DNA of 64,000 nucleotides. Source: Styela clava. Lineage: Eukaryota. The DNA lies in NCBI RefSeq assembly GCF_964204865.1, contig NC_135251.1:14322001-14386000 (forward strand). Reading direction: 5' to 3'. Every line of letters starts with the position of its first letter. Positions within the stretch are counted from its first letter, which is position 1. The translations under genes and the position numbers were made by a program. The notes beneath the pieces are model-generated. The model saw only the letters and a program-made list of their open reading frames with translations, was not told the origin of the DNA and did no database searches. Below, in pieces: positions 56,963 through 64,000 of this stretch.

Positions 56963-57711
56963 AGATTATGTTTATTCTCCAACCTCTGCTCTAAATAAAG
57001 CTCTGGATAAGCCACCAATATCTGTGGTCATTTTCTGACAATATTGTAGTGAACGAGATGTTAATTACTTGTTGTCAAAATTATTACACTTTTTGCTGGG
57101 ATCATGGGTATTAAGGTTGGTCGAATCTTTTTCCTGTAACGTCAACATGAGCAATCCTATCATGCTATTACTACCCGACACCGTCGTGCATAATGATAAA
57201 CAGGGTATAAACAATTAATTCTATGTCCACGGAGACGTCAACTTTCTAATACAATTTCAATCATGAGAGGTTAAGGGTCATTAATAACAAATATATAATG
57301 ATTAATATTGTGCAAAAGTTTCTTGTATTATTATTAGTGTAAATTCTATTCTGTTTCATAGAATAGAAGTGAGTCCGACCTCAGGTAGGTCAACAAGATG
57401 AGTGGATTCGCCAACATCTGAGAAGCAGTCAACTTCAATAACCAGTTTGCCGCCTACCAAGACCGACCAAATAAAAGTACGCAATATTAGTATAATACAG
57501 TACATGCATCTCAGTCATATGCAATATATATAATACTTCTTTTTGTGATTACATTTTCTCTGGTGAGATAGCCATGGTAGCCTACATTGAGTCATTTTAT
57601 ATGCTTCAATTGTGATAAAAAAAAACTACTTTTTTCGTGAAGTTTGAAGCTACCTGGCTATTCTGCCAACTTATACACGTTGCGGTATTAAAATGTTCTC
57701 AAATTTTTTTT

Positions 57712-58134
57712 TGTCAGATAACTTCATGTGTAACGAAAGAAATTTGCCCAACAAAATATTCTACCACACGAAGCGAAAAACAGGGGAAGCAACTTTATCT
57801 GTTAAATCGTCGTCAGTTGCTCTGTACAAGAATACGCATACTTGCGTCGTTTCGTGTCAGATAACTTCATGTGTAACGAAAGAAATTTATCCAACCAAAT
57901 ATTCTACCACACGAAACAACAGGGGAAGCAACTTTATCTGTTGAATCGTCGTCTGTTGCTCTGTACAAGAATACGCATGCTTGCGTCGTTTCGTGTCAGA
58001 TAACTTCATGTGTAACGAAAGAAATTTATCCAACCAAATATTCTATCACACGAAACAACAGGGGAAGCAACTTTATCTGTTGAATCGTCGTCTGTTGCTC
58101 TGTACAAGAATACGCATACTTGCGTCATTTCGTG
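57712..58134. repeat. Tandem repeat, 3 x about 140 bp
   Basis: Unit tgtcagataacttcatgtgtaacgaaag...cttgcgtcgtttcg starts at 57712, 57855 and 57994. Confidence 0.92.
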
Positions 58135-61100
58135 GGTATTACCTAACAAGACAGAAACTGGAAATTCATATATCGTGGTCAATTGGTCAATATGTGCATT
58201 ATCGATTATTACTTGCAATCGTAGATAAACTCGAAGTCTTGGTTCTCCGCGCTTATACTACATCATCTTATCATCACCACCAATTTTTAAAGGTATTCTT
58301 GGTTAAAAGTATAACAACCGATGACACAACATGAGTGTTTTTAATGCAACTTTACCTGATGATTTATAGGAACTGAATCTAACTTCGCAAGATTCAAACT
58401 TGAAGACAAACACAAAACTCATAGATGTGACGTCATTATCCCTGTATTTATTCAAACCTGGACCAAATCGCAACTGTTCCGCTTCGATCCAAACATTCAA
58501 TTGTGTTTGACCTGTCCAAGGTTCTCGTGTGGGAAACCAACATGTATCAATTGAATTCAGTAATTGTTTGAATTTTTACAGTTACTATACTGAATTAAAA
58601 ATGATCATTGATAATTTTGTCACTCAAATAGTCCTAATGAAATTGTGATTAAGTTTAAATTCTTGCCTTTGCCACGCTTCGTTTTCAGCATGAAAGTTTG
58701 TAAATATTGTTCAAAGCCCTGATATTAGAAATTTCTAGAATGTGTTTATTTGTTATTAATTAGCCGATATTAGAAAAATATGCAACCTATTTCAATATAT
58801 ATATATATATATATGATTTTGTCTGAAACCTAAATCACTATTAAGTTTCAAAAAAGATACTAACTGCTGTTCTGAGAACTACATTTTTTGAAACGAAACT
58901 TTATTGCAGTAACTTATGACTTTAGCAGACACCAGTTGACGTGAGACATTAAACAGGTCATTTTCTTCAAAAAATTAGGAAATTTGGAAAACACTTCATG
59001 AAATATATATTGTTTAAAAAACTATTCTTTCGGTTTATGAATAACGTCATTTAAATATTCATTGAAAACGAATTGGATGGGACAAGTTCAAAAGATTTTA
59101 ACCGCCAACAATATTTCTCCTCTCTGAACAATTTTGATGCAAACAATTACAACGTAGATTAAGCAGCATTTGCCATTTTTCAGAGAATGCTCGAACACAA
59201 TACAACACCGCCCGGAGTTTTTAACTGTTTTACTGACCCATTGCATGTAAAAAAAGATTATATTCTGAAACAGGAGAAATTGTTCATTTTGTTTTTCGAA
59301 TTGAAACTCAATTAAAACTAAATATGATTCAAAATAGATGTGATTGATAGTGTATAGCAAATAATGACAAAAATTTTTTTTTATGAGTTTATCAAGTCAA
59401 ATTGATGGCTATTCAACGACAATATCCCAAATGTAATATTTTTTTACCTTGTAAATTGCTCTTACAACTTTAATAATATCTGTTATAGTGAATGATGCAT
59501 CATTATTTACCTACAATGAAAATCTAGCTATGTAACTAAATTTTTTAATGTTGTTGCTCTGTAGACGAGTTTCACATTCTGAAGTTTGCAGATAACTTAT
59601 GCTAAGCACAAAGCTCTAAAGAATTCTTTTGAAAGTCAAAATCTAATCGTATGATTTTTTTTAAAGCTTCTCAATAATTGACAAAACAAATGGTGCTGTT
59701 TTGTTTTGTTCCTTTGATACATCCCTCGTGTAATTTTGATCAATTTCGTTTTGTCTGCATGTCAACCGCAATGATACAAATATTGAACAAGATATTGAAA
59801 TGTCCACAATAGTTTTTTTAATACCTCGTTAAATGATAAGAACAGTTGAACGATATCTGCAATCCTTTGCGAGTATTTGTCAAACCCAATTTTTCGCTGA
59901 AAGGATAAACAATGGGAATTATATATTATATTGTAAAAATCATAGTTACATACCGTGTTGAGTCATGTCAAGTCATCTCAAAAGTAAAAGAGGATAATTC
60001 TTGCATTACAAAACTGAAATTTCGAAATATATATGAGGTAAAAAAGGGCGGGAGGCACGTATTTATTAGAAACAAAAACATTATAGTGCGTTATAGTTTT
60101 ATCAAAAATTATATAAGAAAATAGGCAACTTCTACCTTATTTACAAAGGCTTCTGTCACAAGTAGCCTAATAACAAAATGAAAAAAGTGTTGAAATTCAT
60201 TATGCAGATCTGTGTACAGGGTAAATAACCCCTTTGCGATTTTGCTTCAATTAAATATTGTCAAAGACTTATCTAACGTTCTAAAATTGAATGATTCGGC
60301 TAAATTTTGTAAGAAAAGAATTGAGAAAGCCTTTGGTTTTCATATTCCGCAAAAAGCTGGAAATTCTATGCTTGCATCTATAGTCAATGAGCCTGGTCAT
60401 ATAGTCACGCGGTTCGGATATCATAACATACTTCGCCATACAGACTGTGGACATTACGATATATTGATTCGGATTGGCGACTCAAAATAAACTTGACCTG
60501 TTAATTGATTCAGCTATTCAGACAAACCAAAGAAAATGAATATTTCTCGAATTGCGAACAATGAACAATGAGGAGAATATGAGGAATGTTAAATCTCTAT
60601 AAATAAATATGTTTCTAGATTTGATTTCCCCCTGTGATAATATTTTTCACTATACGCCAGCGCTCTTTCCATTTCATTATTCCTTGATTAAGTTTGTCTG
60701 CATAAAAACGTCACCTTTTTACATTTTGTTAACACCAAATTAGAAAAGCGCCAACAGACTTACTCAACGTATGAGTCGCTCGCTATACGGAGTCTAGTAG
60801 AAATTTACTACATTGTAGTATACTTTGAAAAAGTCATTTTTCTGCGATTTATATTTCGCTTTGCCTCTTTTTTCATACACAAATCATAATGCCTACAGCC
60901 CTACATCATACGTATGCGCTCTACAATGTGCCACTAGCTACCTCATTGCTTCAGCCAATACTTCCACGTCAGCAATTACTTTACTTACTTCTTTTCATCT
61001 TCAATATCAGACTAAATATTAATTAATAAGAGAACGATACTGTATAATATATGGACACGATGACCGGTGTTTCTTTAGTATGCGTACCAAGATGGCGGAT

Positions 61101-61190
61101 GCTCGTTTCTATTAATTTCCACCCTGGGACAGTGCTCGCACTCGCTGATGCTATACTCTTTTATTTTCGTGGCGCTTCGCTGGTCTATAT

Positions 61191-64000
61191 TAGGGTTACC
61201 ATATTCGAAAGAGTCAAATTCCGGACATATTTTTTTACGAGACGTTATATCGCGAATTTTTTTTTGGCTTTTATGACGTCATAACCGCATATTTGACCCA
61301 TGCGAGGTGCAGTCTGCCCAATTATAAAGTATGTAGGACTACTTGGTTGGAAGTATAATATTCGTATTTCAAACGGATTTTTCTTTTCGGTGGAACTATT
61401 CTTGAGCAGATATATTGCAGCAAGTTGCATAATGGTTGCACAATAAAAAAAAAATCGAAAGTCGGGAAGGGGGAGCAGGTTGTGCACCGTTGCCCTAAAT
61501 ATAGCTACGGACCGTCATTGAAAAAAATTTCAACTTTAATCTCAAATAATAATGACAATTAGGTTGTGCCGAACAGGGAAAACTAATTGAAGACACGCTT
61601 GTAAGTCAAGTCACTACAAATTTACTCTTCTGACCATGCATATTTTTCTGAAGATCTAATTCTCCTCAATAGGGCCTTGTCTGATTTTAAAAATGAAAAA
61701 AAATTCACTACAGCGCATATTTTTGAAATTATATTGAACAGTCAATATGCCTTTCATGGTCGCAACGCTCAGCTTGTTTCTCTCTTCAGTCCACTGACTT
61801 TGCATCAGGGAAAAGACTCTCTCTACATTGGCCTTGTGGGATGTAACAGCAAAGAAAAACTGTACAATCCTTAAAATTTCTGAGTGTCATGTGATGTTCG
61901 TAGACTGATCGAAATATTTGCACCATTTCTTATGCGTTGGCAGTTTAATAAATTCTTCGTCCTGTACGTAACTTTCCACAAACTGCCTCAAGTTACAGAT
62001 TTGGTCAAAGCACTTTGCATCGTCCACATCGACCCCTTTGCCAATCAGATATTCCAGGCAAGGCTCTACATCCTTCCAACTTGGTATCTCGTTCAAGGTC
62101 ATCCATTTGAAACAAGTAAACTCTTCCATTGGTTTCATCCATTTACACAGGTACTCCAGGCATCTCTCATAGAGGTTTGCAACTTCGGAAAGAAAATTGT
62201 TACATTCATCTTCATATCCCTCTTCTCTATTTTCATTTAAAAGCCTTTTAACCGTCAAGGACATAAAGCTTTCATTCTTCCTTTCCACAAGCACCTTATG
62301 AACCAGCTCCAAATTTTCTAGCACTTCTGCGACGGAATTGTTTTTTCTCTCAACGACTTGAATACGTCCATGAAACACGGACATCAGTGAGTGCATATGC
62401 CAAAGGTATAACACGCTCATTTCATTCTCAAAGAACCGTTTAATAACTATTGGTGGATGTTCTTGTGACAAAAAGTAGGACTTCAGGGGTGAAAACATTT
62501 CTAACAATCTTGAAATTCCAGGAAACAAGGAGAGCCAGCGAGTCTTGCTATGAGAGAGCAGTCTCTTGTATTCACAATTTGCAAATTCACAGTATTCTTT
62601 CAGTTGTTCAGTTCTAACTGTGTAAATAGAAAAATATTGATATATCTTATTGATATTATTTTCAATATCGATGTTCATTCTTTCAGCGCCATGATGAATA
62701 CAATTGTTCAAAACGTGTGCTGGGCAGCCAACCCCAATCAATGACGGGTTTAATATTTTCTTTAACTTTGCAAACACATTGTTTCCTTGGTCATTACGTC
62801 GAAGTCCTCCAAACATAGTATTGCAGTTGTCTCCTGTAAATGACACATATTTTTTCAAAAGCATCATTTTTTCTAAAGTGTCTTTTATATAAGTGGCGAT
62901 TGTGTCGGCAGTCTCGTTTGCCTTGTTTGTAAACTCAATCAATTTTGATTGCAAACCACCATTCCTCCAGTCAAAATATTGAACAATTGTAGGAAATAAT
63001 TTCAGTTCATTGTGATTGCTGCCATCTGTTGCAACGCCAAAATACGCGATATCGTTTTCTTCAAAACTTTTCAGAACGGCATCAATAGAATATTGCGCAA
63101 GAACGCTAGTAACAACTTTTTCTGTCTTTGTGCGGCCGCTACTGAACTTCTTCGCTACATTAGAATCAGGGAAAATCTTTTTAAATGAAGCAGATGTACA
63201 GTCCATGGACAAAAAGCTATGATGATGCTTAAAGACGTGGAATGCAAGCGTACCTTCTGCGGCAGTGATTTCATCTTCGCATTTGCTTCCTGCTGTAGCA
63301 AAATAATTTGTCATTTTCGTTGATGCAACAGCCCCTCTTACTGCTTTGCGATGTTTTTCCGATTGCAGATGTGTGTTTAAATCACCATTACCTTTGTGCA
63401 CGATAGATATATAGGTTCCTGATTTGCAAACCAAGCATTCTGCCTCATAAACATTCCTGCCTTTTCTAAAACATGGATGTTTTTCTTGCATCTCGTTAGT
63501 GAATGTGCACTTTCTTTTAAAATTAGCCATTTGAAATAATATCTTCTTACAATAAATACAACCCAACTAAAAATACATAATCTAAAAAACAAAGTAATTT
63601 ACCATCAGACTAACTGAACCAAAAGGCTATAGGGACTATCACGGGTCTCATGTACTTTCTTACCTGAATAACTTCTAGTGGGCGTGGCGTAACAATTTTT
63701 GGATATATGATTCCTGACCCGCACCTGATGACGTCATCCAAAAATTACGTCACTGCGACGTCACAATAACGAAATACAGCTTGCCAAAGTATAGCGACGG
63801 TCACCCGTAATGGCGCCTACGAGTATGTCAACAAACTCAATACGTCAGCGTCCTCTCTCTTATCGGGGTCGTTGTACAGAGCTCAAAATAAACAAGAATC
63901 ACAAGCGACTAAATTGTCGCCAGGGAACGTTCACGATATCCCATTCTGACCAATTTCTGTCCAGCAATAGCTCATGTATCGTGCTACAATCTAAAATAGA
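61191..64000 (-). mobile_element. Autonomous-type hAT (Blackjack-like) DNA transposon; the second end was not identified in the window
   Basis: Terminal TAGGGTTACCATATT...CCGGACA at 61191, downstream of the transposase gene. Confidence 0.7.
61622..63530 (-). pseudogene. hAT transposase (BED-type zinc finger, DDE core, C-terminal dimerisation domain) with an in-frame TGA and a terminal frameshift
   Basis: ATG 63530; CLVC...HLQSEKH, VATDGSNH, FTGDNCNTMFG, GCPAHVLNN, HSKTRWLS. After the TGA at 61889-61887 the same frame continues HSEILRIVQFFFAVTSHKANVERVFSLMQSQWTEERNKL. A +1 shift in a T-run near 61700 separates the last segment (LLRRIRSSEKYAWSEE*). Confidence 0.88.

Larger units (their letters stand above)
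55786..58520 (+). pseudogene. Decayed multi-exon gene for an extracellular C-type lectin + Ig + FN3-like protein
   Basis: Exon 55786-55904 reads FYIGGNDIAKEGDWKWQDG...YQNW (C-type lectin core). About 56250-56510 reads IQW / ATLNLRNANIADGGSYSCRY (Ig-V motif) with a frameshift and a TAG. About 56580-56660 reads PTIHQISNNTCNSNLIISWQP (FN3-like start) behind a non-AG acceptor. More stop-containing remnants extend to about 58520. Confidence 0.55.

Noticed and set aside
57712-58134. CRISPR-like array
   Set aside because: The units are contiguous near-identical 140-mers with no unique spacers, in a eukaryotic context with no cas genes.
61880-61895. Selenocysteine or programmed readthrough at the transposase TGA
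   Set aside because: No SECIS-like structure was recognised, and a second lesion follows downstream. A simple nonsense mutation is more parsimonious.

Overview
AT-rich animal genomic DNA with GT-AG introns. It is most consistent with an invertebrate chordate, probably an ascidian; this is inferred from protein similarity, compact gene packing and TTTCAG-type acceptors directly before start codons. Seven intact genes can be reconstructed: TSTD2 (-, 5 coding exons), OSBPL8/ORP5-8 (-, one coding exon), a SAMD12/aveugle-like gene (+), a stand-alone SETMAR-type SET methyltransferase (+), ZFPL1 (+, 6 exons), PNPO (-) and CPEB1 (+, 12 exons). The window also holds a partly duplicated processed RPL10 pseudogene, a decayed C-type-lectin/Ig/FN3 gene, a degenerate L1/Tx1-like LINE, a near-intact hAT transposase with one in-frame TGA, and many nested non-autonomous DNA transposons with recognisable TIRs and TSDs. 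The strongest unexplained signal is the SETMAR-ZFPL1 junction, where stop codon, AATAAA and an unpaired splice acceptor coincide in a 68-bp gap; this suggests an SL trans-spliced operon, and OSBPL8-TSTD2 may be a second one. Other notable items are a duplication with templated insertion next to a 26-nt G-tract, uORFs on OSBPL8, a nuclear-receptor-like motif cluster upstream of PNPO, and a mosaic CpG landscape. I found no clearly new biological system. All gene models were read by eye and no database searches were run.
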